A DNA stretch of 64,000 nucleotides, taken from contig JBNAUL010000002.1 of NCBI GenBank assembly GCA_049700835.1, positions 153,967 through 217,966 on the forward strand. Reading direction: 5' to 3'. The number at the start of each line of letters is the position of its first letter. The first letter of the stretch is position 1. The stretch is from Candidatus Woesearchaeota archaeon. GTDB taxonomy: Archaea > Nanobdellota > Nanobdellia > Woesearchaeales > WAPY01. Positions 10,540 through 20,611 of this stretch are shown in pieces. The notes under the pieces are model-generated. The model was not told the origin of the DNA and did not search any database. It saw only the letters and a program-made list of their open reading frames with translations. The translations under genes and the position numbers were made by a program.

Positions 10540-11466
10540 TTACTCTATGAATTCTGCATCATCAACAATTCCGTCAGAATCATAATCAATGCCTTCAACG
10601 ATTTTTGCAGGAATCTTTGGATTATAGATGTTGCCTGCAGTTACTTTATCAAAATGTTTTAGAATTGCAACAATCGCAGCCCTTGTTCCTGAATACCTCT
10701 TGCCTGCGATCACAAACACACTAGAATCCTTGTTGTACGGGTTCTTTGCCTTTACTATTATGCCGTTTTCTTCTCCATAATAGGACTTTCCTGAAATAGA
10801 AGAGTAAATATTCCAATTTCCGTCTTTACTGAATTTTACAGGAAGCTTGTCATTTATCTGCTCGCAAACCCTATTTACTATAGGTCCTCCTATTAAGATC
10901 AGGTTGTGTTTTAAATCCTCTTCCTTGACTTCGGTATCTAACTTTACATTCAATCCAGGAACATAGTTCAAAAATGTTCCTAAGAACAATGCTAAATCAA
11001 TCCCATAGTAACCATCCCTGCTCCTCGCCTTTTCAGGGCCATGAGGGTCAGGGCTTCCAACTATTATCCTTGCATTCAATTGCCCATCTTTTATGAAGTC
11101 ATCAAGAAAATTGCTCTCGCTCCTAAATTGCATTATCTTTTGCGCCTGCTCAAATTCTTTCAGTTTGAAAAAGAAGGCAGGTTTTTCAACAGCATATACC
11201 TTTGCAGTTGAACCTGCAATCTCTTTTGTTTCTGCAACTTTTATTAATCCTGCTCTTTCAAGATTTTTTATGTGATAATAAACTTTTTGTTCATGCACTT
11301 TTAATTTTTTTGAGATTTCTATTGGGTAACTTGGCTTTTCAGCAATTGCTCTCAGTATTCTTATTGCGAGTTCAGAACTAACTGCCTTTATAACTCCTGG
11401 TTTTATCTCTTTGGCAGGCAAAGTGCATACAAGATTCTTTTCTTTTTTTACGATAAGCATATTCAA
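10540..11466 (-). CDS. ArsR-like wHTH regulator fused to a C-terminal alpha/beta domain
   Basis: SYPIEISKKLKVHEQKVYYHIKNLERAGLI HTH; C-terminal NLILIGGPIVN...VIAG..GTRAA resembles S-layer C-terminal-type domains. Confidence 0.75.
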   Translation of the reverse strand: MNMLIVKKEKNLVCTLPAKEIKPGVIKAVSSELAIRILRAIAEKPSYPIEISKKLKVHEQKVYYHIKNLERAGLIKVAETKEIAGSTAKVYAVEKPAFFFKLKEFEQAQKIMQFRSESNFLDDFIKDGQLNARIIVGSPDPHGPEKARSRDGYYGIDLALFLGTFLNYVPGLNVKLDTEVKEEDLKHNLILIGGPIVNRVCEQINDKLPVKFSKDGNWNIYSSISGKSYYGEENGIIVKAKNPYNKDSSVFVIAGKRYSGTRAAIVAILKHFDKVTAGNIYNPKIPAKIVEGIDYDSDGIVDDAEFIE

Positions 11467-11587
11467 TAAATACGCTTTGTCTTCTTTAAAAAGTTTTCTT
11501 TAAGTTTTTTCAAAAACAATTTTGTAAAATAAAAATAAGAATTAATTTTATGTAACATCAAAATCCAATTTTAGTTGTAATCATATA

Positions 11588-12949
11588 ATGGTAAAATTTT
11601 CAAATAAGAAATCTTATCTTAAGATTATGCAGGAAATAACGATTTATATTGCAAGAGGAATTTATAAAGAGCAAACAGACAAATTAAAAATTATAGAAGA
11701 TGAACTGTACTCAGAAACAAAAACAAAGATTAAACTGCTTCCTCAGATAAAAATCGCAAAAAAAATTTTAAAAGTGAATTTTGAACGATTTTTTAGAATA
11801 TTTTTAAAGAAAAATTTGATACAAAAGCATTGCATTTGCACGGGATTGGTTTTGTAAAAAACGATGCGGATAAGGATTTGATTAAAAATCAGATAAATGT
11901 GATTTATAATATAAAGAAAGAGTTGAATTTATAAAAAGTAACTTTGAATGTTCACTTAGAAAGCGTTCTAAACTATGTAAACAATGGTATTGAAGTTAAT
12001 TTTACAATGGATGATTTCTTGAGAGAAGTTGAGCATTCTAAAAAAGTTGGAAGAACTTGTAAATTATTGTTAAGAAAAAGGCGTTGTTCTTTTAATAGAA
12101 GCATCAGGATATTTTAATTATAAATTTGTAAAGTCGAGGCAAGAGTTAGAGAAAGAACATCCTGATTATGTTTATGATAAAAGACAACTTCCTTGGAGTT
12201 GGATTCCTGAGATAAGTCAGCAAGGAGATTTCTTAGGAAGTTTTGAATATCATAAATACTTTTTAGAGCAAATAAAAAAACAAAATGTTGGCATAACTTT
12301 AGATTTAGGACACATAGTAAAAACAATACTTTACTCTAAAATATTCAATAAGCATAACATTGATAAAAAATTCAAGAATTTAGAATGCTTTGAAGATGTC
12401 TTTAAAAGATTAGGGCTCGTTCAAAAAAAGGGCAATAGTTACTTTGTTAGGTACAAGAAAGAAGATAATGTTGTGTTCGAAGTTAATGAGAATTTTAAAG
12501 TTGATGAATTTTGTTTTTACATGGAAAAAGGCAAGCCGATTGTTTTTGATAAAGAGTTAAAATTTAAGGATTTTTATTCTGAATATGTAAAGTTACTTCA
12601 TCTGCACATCGAGACAGGAGCTGCTATTTACGATTTAATATTAATTGACAATAATTTACAAGAAGTGAAGAAGATACCTACTCATGCGCCCTTCATAGAG
12701 AACATTATTGATAGAGATGATTGGATTATTAACAATTTACGAAGGAAAGAACACTCTAAATTACAGTTAGATTTGATTAAAGAAACCAAAAAAGATTTAG
12801 GAGATAAATTAAAGGAACATGATATTGTAATAGAGATAAATGTTCCTGAAAAAAATAAGTTTGGTCCTGCTTATACAGGAGAAACTTACCGAAAATACAT
12901 GCTTGAATCATTAAAAACAATAATCAAAATGATTTATTCTAATTTCTAA
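11588..12949 (+). pseudogene. Decayed TIM-barrel metalloenzyme (xylose isomerase-like/AP endonuclease 2 family)
   Basis: Stitched frames give ALHLHG, TLNVH, KGVVLLIE, NVGITLDLGH, KLLHLH, IVIE. In-frame TAA at 11932-11934 and 12071-12073; frameshifts near 11800 and in the A6 run at 12040-12045. Confidence 0.7.
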
Positions 12950-13070
12950 ATTTTTGTAAAGAATAAAAAATTCCTGTTTAAACTTTAACATAATCTTAAA
13001 AATAATTTATGAAATTCTTTCGAAAAAGTTACCAAAAGCATTAAAAATTAAAATCAATAAAACAATTATC

Positions 13071-13349
13071 ATGAGGTTAATTGCAAATAAAGAAAGAAAA
13101 GAATACAGTACAGTTGATGAAGAAACTCAGCTCAAACTCGCGAGAACAACATACCTAATACTGCTCGGAATAACCCTTTTTTTGTTTTTCTTCCATTTGT
13201 TCAAACTCTACGATTTCAGGATTGACAAGTTCTCTTACTTTATCATAACTCTCTTATTTTTAATCTTAATTATTCCCTTAATCACATACTTTAAAGCATT
13301 CGGAATTGTGGAAGTGAGAAAGGATACAAGGTTCATGGGAAAAAAATAA
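13071..13349 (+). CDS. Small membrane protein (2 TM)
   Basis: Two hydrophobic segments in 92 aa. Confidence 0.65.
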   Translation: MRLIANKERKEYSTVDEETQLKLARTTYLILLGITLFLFFFHLFKLYDFRIDKFSYFIITLLFLILIIPLITYFKAFGIVEVRKDTRFMGKK

Positions 13350-13355
13350 TTTTGA

Positions 13356-14450
13356 TTATTTTCTCTCGATAACCTGTTTGTCGGTTTTCACTGCATACTC
13401 AAATGCTTTTTTAATCTTTAAATAAAATTTCAGTTTTCCTTGGTTTTCTGAATTATGGTGTTCTTCTAAATAACTTATTTTGTTTTTAATAATTGCTCTC
13501 AACTCTGTTTTGTGCTTTTCCATTTCAGAATATGCTGCTTCTGTCAATTCTTTTAGATTTTTTTCTATTCTATCAAGTTCGTTTTCGTAATCTTTAGCAA
13601 CATTTTCAAAATTAACAAAATCTGTGTTCAATGAAAAACTCTTGGAATTCAATTTGTGCATAATGGCATTAAGTCCGTAACAACACATGTTTATCACAAG
13701 AGCAGACTTATAAACTTCCTCTTGCAGATTTTCTTGCAGATTAGTTGATGCTCTGCCAGAAATGTTTAGGTTATAATTTAAAGATTTATAAATTTTAAAG
13801 TATTTTTCAAGAAGCTCTATCTGCGTCTCCATTTTCCTGCATAAATGCAAATTAAAATTTCTTTTTTTAATTATGTTGAATATAAGGGATGAAACAGCAT
13901 TTTGAGAATAACCAACGCCTTTTAATAAATAAGTTATCTGCCAGTCCAAACTTTCTTGCATGTTAAATCTCAAGAGATTAATCATCTGCAAATTGATGGA
14001 GCCATTTAAAGAATTATTAAACTCTTCAGCTTTGCTTATTTCCTCTGCTTCTTCAAGGCATTTTGCTCTTTTTTCATCCGCTTCAATATTTTTAGAGTTA
14101 AGAAAGAATCGCTCTATTAAAAGATTAGGCAAATAATAGCATATGCTGTTGTTTTTTTCGCGTTCCCTATTCAAATATTTAAAAACCAAATCAAGATTAT
14201 TGTCAATATTTTCATCAATATTATCATCTATTGTTTTGTTAGAACATCCTAAGCTGTCAACCAAATTTATTTTATTTTCAACATAATTTTTAAATTCTGA
14301 AAAAGGTTCGGCAAAACTCTTAAAATTCTCTTGATTCATTTCTAACCTTAGTTGCAGTTTATCGCTTAACGCTTTCAACTGCCTGATATTATAATCCCTG
14401 ACAAAACATTCAAGCTCTGCTGAGTTGTCCATAATGCTTGTTTTTAACAA
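13356..14450 (-). CDS. Hypothetical protein
   Basis: 364 aa ORF overlapping the Toprim gene end; start uncertain. Confidence 0.65.
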   Translation of the reverse strand: MLKTSIMDNSAELECFVRDYNIRQLKALSDKLQLRLEMNQENFKSFAEPFSEFKNYVENKINLVDSLGCSNKTIDDNIDENIDNNLDLVFKYLNREREKNNSICYYLPNLLIERFFLNSKNIEADEKRAKCLEEAEEISKAEEFNNSLNGSINLQMINLLRFNMQESLDWQITYLLKGVGYSQNAVSSLIFNIIKKRNFNLHLCRKMETQIELLEKYFKIYKSLNYNLNISGRASTNLQENLQEEVYKSALVINMCCYGLNAIMHKLNSKSFSLNTDFVNFENVAKDYENELDRIEKNLKELTEAAYSEMEKHKTELRAIIKNKISYLEEHHNSENQGKLKFYLKIKKAFEYAVKTDKQVIERK

Positions 14451-14814
14451 GAAGTTTATTAATTTTTCCTTTTGAGTGATAACTTTTTATGAGTTTTTTA
14501 ATGCCCTCAATGTTTCTCAAGTTCGTGTTTTTTATGATGAAGTTCCTGTATTCATAATTAACTCTTACTCCGAACATCTCAAAATCACGCTTCAATCTTC
14601 TGTAAAGCTTTCTGCCCTCGTAATCAGTGTCTGTAAGTATTATAACCTCTCTTTCGCTTGACAAATCCTCAACAAACTTGTACAAAGGGCCTTTAAGAAC
14701 AACTAAATTTTTCACTCCGCAACTTTTAAGGGCTTTTTTATCCTTCAACCCCTCTACAATAATCTTTGATTTCTCAATTTTAAGACAATATATCCATTCA
14801 AGGATCGTTTCCAT
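14410..14814 (-). CDS. Small stand-alone Toprim-domain protein (RNase M5/DnaG-like)
   Basis: IIVEGLKDKKAL and VIILTDTDYEG Toprim motifs. Confidence 0.88.
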   Translation of the reverse strand: METILEWIYCLKIEKSKIIVEGLKDKKALKSCGVKNLVVLKGPLYKFVEDLSSEREVIILTDTDYEGRKLYRRLKRDFEMFGVRVNYEYRNFIIKNTNLRNIEGIKKLIKSYHSKGKINKLLVKNKHYGQLSRA

Positions 14815-14914
14815 GCACAACAATTTAATCTTTATTTCTATTTATATTTTTTTATTTATCACTATACAAGAACTCTGATAAGTTTTTTAAATACTTTTGC
14901 ATTCACAATAAAAC

Positions 14915-16300
14915 ATGCTTGCAATTTCAGACACTCTGAAGTACTATAAGAGGATTGATATTGAAAGGGAACTAATAAGATTGGCAAAGAACAGGGAGGT
15001 TGCCATAAAATACGGAGAAAAGGGTTTTGGCTCAAGACCAGATTCTCTAAAATATGAAAACGATGTTTTGGAAGCAGCAAGGAATAGAGCAACAAGCTTT
15101 CACGCTTCTGAAGAACTATGGAAAAATCCACTATCGCTTTCCAAGGAGATGAAGCAGTCAGAGCTAGAAGAACTTAGAATCGGCTGGGACTTGATAATAG
15201 ACATTGATTGCCATTTTTTGGAGTATTCAAAAATCGCAGCTGACTTAATAATAAATTACTTAAAAAAATTTGGGGTCAAGAGTTTAAGCTGCAAGTTCTC
15301 TGGCAACAAGGGCTTCCACATTGGAATACCGTTTGAGGCGTTTCCAAAAAGAATACAAGGAGTGGAGACAAGATTGTTGTTCCCTGAAGCTCCGAGAAGA
15401 ATAGCAATTTACATAAAGGAATTGATAAAAGAAGAACTTGGCTCAAGAATTTTGGTATACGAAAAAAAGGATTTTAATAGGATAATCTCAAGAGTTGAAA
15501 AACCAGCAGAAGAAATAACTTATTATGTCAAGGACGCATTTGGAACAAAGATTCCAAAACTCAATGTAGAACCTTTCCTGCATTTGGACACAATACTTAT
15601 ATCTCCAAGGCACCTGTTTAGAATGGCTTATTCTCTGCATGAAAAATCAGGTTTAGCTTCAGTGGTTATTGAACCTGAGAGAGTAATTGAGTTCAATGTT
15701 GAGGAAGCAAAACCAGAGAATGTGATAGTATCTAAAAAACCTTTTTTGGACAAGAACTCTGTTGAAGATGAAGACGCAAAAATACTATTGATACAAGCCC
15801 TTGATTTCACTAAAAATATTGATTTTGAGAAAATGGAAAAGGCATTTGTTGAAAGAAACGAAAGCGAAGAAAAGATTGAATTCAAGGTAGATTCTCCAAT
15901 ATCGCAGGAATTCTTTCCTCCTTGCATAAACAAGATTTTGAACGGGCTTGAAGATGGAAGGAAAAGAGCTGTCCTAATCCTATTGAATTATCTCTCATCT
16001 CTTGGATGGAACCACAAAAGCATAAAAGATCTGCTTTTGGAGTGGAACAAAAAGAACAAGGAGCCATTGAGAGAAAATTATATAATAAGCCAACTGAACT
16101 ACCACAAAAAAAATCCTGAAAAGATTCTGCCGCCAAATTGCGACAATGTCAATTACTACAAGGACTTTGGGGTTTGCAATCCTGATTTTCTCTGCCAAAA
16201 AATAAAGAACCCTGTGAATTATTCAATAATAAAACTAAAATCTCTTAAAAAGCAGGAAGAAAAAATAAAGAGAAAGGGAAGACACAAAAACAAGAAATGA
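14915..16300 (+). CDS. priSL: Fused DNA primase PriS-PriL (DPANN type)
   Basis: PriS: GWDLIIDID, KFSGNKGFH, RHLFRMAYSLH. PriL Fe-S C-terminal domain: FPPC...PPNC...VCNPDFLC.KIKNP. Confidence 0.92.
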   Translation: MLAISDTLKYYKRIDIERELIRLAKNREVAIKYGEKGFGSRPDSLKYENDVLEAARNRATSFHASEELWKNPLSLSKEMKQSELEELRIGWDLIIDIDCHFLEYSKIAADLIINYLKKFGVKSLSCKFSGNKGFHIGIPFEAFPKRIQGVETRLLFPEAPRRIAIYIKELIKEELGSRILVYEKKDFNRIISRVEKPAEEITYYVKDAFGTKIPKLNVEPFLHLDTILISPRHLFRMAYSLHEKSGLASVVIEPERVIEFNVEEAKPENVIVSKKPFLDKNSVEDEDAKILLIQALDFTKNIDFEKMEKAFVERNESEEKIEFKVDSPISQEFFPPCINKILNGLEDGRKRAVLILLNYLSSLGWNHKSIKDLLLEWNKKNKEPLRENYIISQLNYHKKNPEKILPPNCDNVNYYKDFGVCNPDFLCQKIKNPVNYSIIKLKSLKKQEEKIKRKGRHKNKK

Positions 16301-16418
16301 AGAATATAAGAAGATTTTTATTCTTTAAAAGATAAAGAAAAGAAAATTTTTTGTTTGGATAAAACAGTAAAAATATAAAAATTAATATAAAGCAGGGGAA
16401 TACATTTTTGCTTTGTTA

Positions 16419-16521
16419 TGGGCCCGCGGAGATTTGAACTCCGGACCGCTCGATAACCAAAATTTTTAAAATTTTTATGATTTATCAGTCGAGTGCTCCA
16501 ACCAGTCTAAGCTACGGGCCC
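16419..16521 (-). tRNA. tRNA-Ile(GAU) with 28-nt canonical 37/38 intron (16455-16482)
   Basis: Cloverleaf GGGCCCG/CGGGCCC, anticodon stem CTCGA/TCGAG, T loop TTCAAAT; relaxed BHB (CUGA/UUGG); no encoded CCA. Confidence 0.93.
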
Positions 16522-16529
16522 TAAAAAAG

Positions 16530-16602
16530 CGCCCCCGGCCAGATTTGAACTGGCGACCTCGCGGTTAACAGCCGCGCGCTCCAACCACTAAGCTACAGGG
16601 GC
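16530..16602 (-). tRNA. tRNA-Asn(GUU), intronless
   Basis: 73-nt cloverleaf, CGCGG-CT-GTT-AA-CCGCG. Confidence 0.96.
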
Positions 16603-16827
16603 TTACAAAAAACTAAAATTCTAAAATAGTGTTTAAGATTTCATTTATAAAGATTACTAAAATTAATTGAAATTGTTTTAAAAAGATTTTGTTTGTAAGA
16701 TTCCTAAAATTATAAGATTGTTCTATCTAAAAAGCAGATACGCATAAAATTTTTTATAATTTTATTTAGTGCGTCTCCTGAAATAACAAAAAATATTTAA
16801 AATATATAAGCATAAAAATTTTTAGAA

Positions 16828-17216
16828 ATGAGAATAATATTAAATTAAAAAGTTAAAAAAAATGCGCTTATGATTTAAAATACAATCATAAAGTACAAGG
16901 TTTTATATATAATTTATTAAGAGGAACTCATTATTATAAACTTCATGATATTTCAAGTTATAAATTTATTTAATTTTTCAAACATTATTCCACCCTTTGA
17001 TTTTAAAACCAATGATGAAAGAACATTGATTATTTCTTCCCCTGATCACAATATAATTAAGTTATTATCGCAACAGCTAGAAGAAAAAGAAAAAGCTGAA
17101 ATAGGAAAAATGCTTTTTAAAATCTAAGACTTCTAAATTACACAACCAATTATAAAAAGAGATTGTTCATTAATCACAGAACTCCAATTATAATAAGAAT
17201 TCCAAAAGAAAAATTT
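16828..17216 (+). pseudogene. cas6: Truncated, decayed cas6 (N-terminal half)
   Basis: Across frameshifts and stops: MRIIL..CAYDLKYNHKVQGFIYNLLRGTHYYKLHD..FNFSNIIPPFDFKTNDERTLIISSPD..IGKMLFKI..LIT(G)TPIIIRIPKEKF, matching the archaeal Cas6 N-terminal pattern. The C-terminal Gly-rich loop is absent. Confidence 0.82.
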
Positions 17217-17223
17217 TGGGGTA

Positions 17224-17320
17224 GTTTAAATTGTACTAGTATATGATTGAAATTTATTAATCATGAGAGGCAACAGAGAAATGTATGGAAAGTTTTAATT
17301 TTAATATTTTTGATTAAAAA
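17224..17320 (+). CRISPR. Vestigial CRISPR trailer: one repeat, one 38-nt spacer, one degenerate repeat
   Basis: 30-nt GTTTAAATTGTACTAGTATATGATTGAAAT (17224-17253), spacer 17254-17291, degenerate copy 17292-17320 (22/30 matches with one gap); directly after the cas6 remnant. Confidence 0.62.
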
Positions 17321-17369
17321 ATAAGGAAAGTGATCCAACAAAAGTAAAAAAAACAAAAAACAAAAATAT

Positions 17370-19325
17370 TTACTCCCAGAACTCTAATTCCTTCAGTCTT
17401 TCAAAGTTATTTTCGTCAACAGCAACGATCTTTGAATCAGTTAAGATGTACAAGTAATCATTTATGTAAATTGCTCTCTTAACATTCTGCAAGCTTATTG
17501 ATTTTTTGAGTTGCAGTTTGTTACCTGCATAACTGAATATGTAACCACCGTTTGCGCCTGGCATGAAAAATATCTCATGCTTTTTATCCATCAGGAAAGC
17601 GTGGTGGGTTGTTAGTATTTCGCTCCAATACTCTGAAAGCACAAACTTGTCAATCTCAGACGGTTTTTCAACATTGCTCACATCAAACAAAGAAACCTTG
17701 ACATCACTGCCTTCTTTTCCTATTCCAATGATTGTGTTCTCGTTTATAGGATGCAAGTAAGCGCTGTAACCAGGTATTTTTAGTTCTCCTTTTATTTCTG
17801 GATTTTCAGGGTTTGACAAGTCCATAACATAGAAGGGGTCTGTTTCTCTGAATGTTACAACATAAGCTTTGTTTCCAATAAACCTTACTGAATAAATTCT
17901 TTCTGTGAGCCCAAACTTTTCTGTTTCCCCAACAACATTGAGATTGTTGTCTAAAATGTATAGCGCATTTTCAGAATTGCTGCTCCATGTTTCTCCGATT
18001 GTTACTGCAATCCTGAAATAATTCTGATACTCGTCCATTGAGAATTGATTTAAAACCCTTCCTGAGACGTCTGTTGTTGCCTTGAAATCCAAATCTTCAA
18101 TTCCTATCTTTGCAATCCTTGTTCTGTAAATATCCTTTTTGTGCTTTTCTATGTAATCGTTCATTAGGTTTTGTAATTGCAGGCTTTCATCCTCGCCTAA
18201 ATAAGTCATATAGGATTGGATGAGCATCGAAAGTTCGTTCATCTTTGAATTTTCTGAAATTTCATAAGAATCAAGCTTTTCAAGTTTGCTTATGAAATCT
18301 TCTCCAAAATAGTCCTTATTCTCAAAGATAAAGCCCTTCGTTATCTCATAATAAGTTTTTTGATAGTGGATTGTTACAAACAAGTTGTTTTCTGACATGT
18401 AAATCTTTGTACTGTAATCAGAAGGAGCCAAAAAGGTTATCTTGTCTTCTATTTCTCCTGTCTCAGGGTTTATCCTTAAAACAAAATAACTTGTTTCAAG
18501 CAGAATGTTTGTTCTTGGATAATAAACATCAACACATTCAACATTAACCCCTTCAATAGGACTTAAAAAGCATCCTTGTTTTTCAGCGTAGAAATAATAA
18601 AAGTTTTTCTGCAGTACAACATAGAGCTTGTTTTTGTACATTCTTGCATCTATTAATGAAGAGGAATTGTATTTCAAACTCCATTTTTGCTCATAATCCG
18701 ATTTTGAGAAAGCCTTTATCCCATCTGTTCCAAAAACAACTATGTTTTCCTGGCTTAACAGTAGTTCTCCGCTGTAATTCAACTTTTCCTTTATCGACAA
18801 GCTTTCTACTGGAAGCGCATTAAAAACAAATGTTGTCCTTTCATAATTTCTTGGAGGCATTATGTAATTTGGAGAAGCTTTGACAACAACAGGATAATAA
18901 AATTTTTCTATTGAATAGAAAATGTTCTTTCCGTCTGTTTTTACAATATCAGGTTCGTCAATTCCTAAAACTTGAATGTTTGTTTCTGAATATCTTTCTG
19001 CATAATTTTTTTCATAATCTGCTGTTGTTTCTGCATTGCTTTCTAGTGCAGGAGCACTTTCTGCCATTGCTTTTGCAATTGAAGCTGTTCTCTCATCAAA
19101 CGAAGCGCCGATATGAAAGTTTCCCATTGACCGCCTTGAACTTAAAACTTGATAGAACTCCTCTGCTGAGGAGAATTTTTTAAACGAAGCGTCTTGTTTT
19201 TCAGTAATTGTTATCCCTGCACTTGGCGATGGATGCAATGTATACAAAATGCTTATTAAGACCAATGTTGCTAAAAATGCCAAAACAGTAATTCCTATCA
19301 AAAAAAACGTTTTTTGATTTTTCAT
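17370..19325 (-). CDS. Secreted/membrane-anchored beta-propeller domain protein
   Basis: N-terminal TM; YSETNIQVLGIDEPDIVKTDG, VLNQFSMDEY, ERIYSVRF, VVTFRETDPF, GELKIPGYSAYLHP motifs. Confidence 0.88.
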   Translation of the reverse strand: MKNQKTFFLIGITVLAFLATLVLISILYTLHPSPSAGITITEKQDASFKKFSSAEEFYQVLSSRRSMGNFHIGASFDERTASIAKAMAESAPALESNAETTADYEKNYAERYSETNIQVLGIDEPDIVKTDGKNIFYSIEKFYYPVVVKASPNYIMPPRNYERTTFVFNALPVESLSIKEKLNYSGELLLSQENIVVFGTDGIKAFSKSDYEQKWSLKYNSSSLIDARMYKNKLYVVLQKNFYYFYAEKQGCFLSPIEGVNVECVDVYYPRTNILLETSYFVLRINPETGEIEDKITFLAPSDYSTKIYMSENNLFVTIHYQKTYYEITKGFIFENKDYFGEDFISKLEKLDSYEISENSKMNELSMLIQSYMTYLGEDESLQLQNLMNDYIEKHKKDIYRTRIAKIGIEDLDFKATTDVSGRVLNQFSMDEYQNYFRIAVTIGETWSSNSENALYILDNNLNVVGETEKFGLTERIYSVRFIGNKAYVVTFRETDPFYVMDLSNPENPEIKGELKIPGYSAYLHPINENTIIGIGKEGSDVKVSLFDVSNVEKPSEIDKFVLSEYWSEILTTHHAFLMDKKHEIFFMPGANGGYIFSYAGNKLQLKKSISLQNVKRAIYINDYLYILTDSKIVAVDENNFERLKELEFWE

Positions 19326-19516
19326 TTTTTCACCTCAAAAATTTTTAACTCTTTTTTCAACTTTTTGTTTTGATTTTTTTTATCAGGAATAAAGAACTAG
19401 TAAAAGGAATTTATATAAAAATCTTGTTATAACTTCAAGTTAAATTGAAGTTATGAGTTTTAAACATCAACAAAAATGAGTAAGATATTTAAGCTTTAAC
19501 TTTATCATTGTATATT

Positions 19517-20548
19517 ATGAAAGAAGCAATGTTCTATGAAATAGTCAAGAAAGAGGGTTTTGAAAACAGCGTTAACTGCAAACTCTGCCCTCACAACTGC
19601 TTTATAAAGAACAGCGAATATGGTTTTTGTGGGGTTAGAAAGAACATTGAAGGCAAACTTTATTCTCTTGTTTATAACAAACCTGTCTCTTTAAACATAG
19701 ACCCTATAGAAAAAAAACCTCTGTATCATTTTTTGCCAGGAAGCAGCGCTCTATCCATCGGAACTTTTGGCTGCAATCTTTCGTGCTTGAACTGCCAAAA
19801 TTTTGAAATCTCTGCTGTAAGAAAAGGAATTGCAGAAAAAGAACTAATCTTGGTAAACGAGACAGAGCCAGAAGTTATTGTGGAAACTGCAAAGAAGAGG
19901 AATTGCGAGAGCATAGCTTATACTTACAACGAGCCGACTGTTTTTTACGAATATGCTCTTGAAACAATGAAAATAGCAAAGAGAAACGGGTTGAAGAATG
20001 TTTTTGTGAGCAATGGATACATAAACGAGCAGCCTCTAAGAAAAATAATTCCTTATTTGGATGCCATAAATGTTGATTTAAAATTCTTCAACGAGGAAAA
20101 GTATAAGGAAATAACGAGCGGTTCCCTAAAGAATGTTTTGAAAACCCTGGAAATCCTGAATGAAGAGAATGTATGGACAGAAATAACAAATCTGTTGATT
20201 CCAGAGTTGAATGACAACTCAGAGGAAATTGAGGAAATGGTCTCTTGGATAAGCAAAACTTTCAAGAAAAAATCTGTCCTGCACTTCTCAAGGTTCTTCC
20301 CAATGTACAGAATGACCGACAAGGAAGTTACTCCTGCAAAGAGTTTGCTCAAGGCATACGAGATTGCTGTTAAAAAGATAAATTTTGTTTATGTAGGCAA
20401 CATATATTTACAGAACAAGAACAATACTTATTGCCCTAATTGCAAGAGATTAATTGTAGAAAGAGGAGGGTTTGAAATCTTAGAAAACAACATCGTTAAT
20501 GGAAGATGCAGGTTTTGCGATGAAAAGATTCCTGGAATTTGGGAGTAA
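19517..20548 (+). CDS. amrS: AmmeMemoRadiSam system radical SAM enzyme
   Basis: CKLCPHNC..GFCGVR, DPIEKKPLYHFLPG, CNLSCLNCQN, AYTYNEP, LHFSRFFP, TYCPNC. Confidence 0.9.
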   Translation: MKEAMFYEIVKKEGFENSVNCKLCPHNCFIKNSEYGFCGVRKNIEGKLYSLVYNKPVSLNIDPIEKKPLYHFLPGSSALSIGTFGCNLSCLNCQNFEISAVRKGIAEKELILVNETEPEVIVETAKKRNCESIAYTYNEPTVFYEYALETMKIAKRNGLKNVFVSNGYINEQPLRKIIPYLDAINVDLKFFNEEKYKEITSGSLKNVLKTLEILNEENVWTEITNLLIPELNDNSEEIEEMVSWISKTFKKKSVLHFSRFFPMYRMTDKEVTPAKSLLKAYEIAVKKINFVYVGNIYLQNKNNTYCPNCKRLIVERGGFEILENNIVNGRCRFCDEKIPGIWE

Positions 20549-20611
20549 TCCGAAAGATTTTCAGGAAAAAATTGATTAGAATTTTAAAAACTATTTTCTT
20601 TAAGCAAATTC

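Noticed and set aside
16736..16780. Imperfect inverted repeat (ACGCA...TGCGT) upstream of the cas6 remnant
   Set aside because: Short, mismatched and with an A/T-only interior; no function can be assigned.
19517..20548. AmmeMemoRadiSam enzyme lacking adjacent A/B partner genes as a novel system
   Set aside because: Known family; partners may simply lie elsewhere in the genome.
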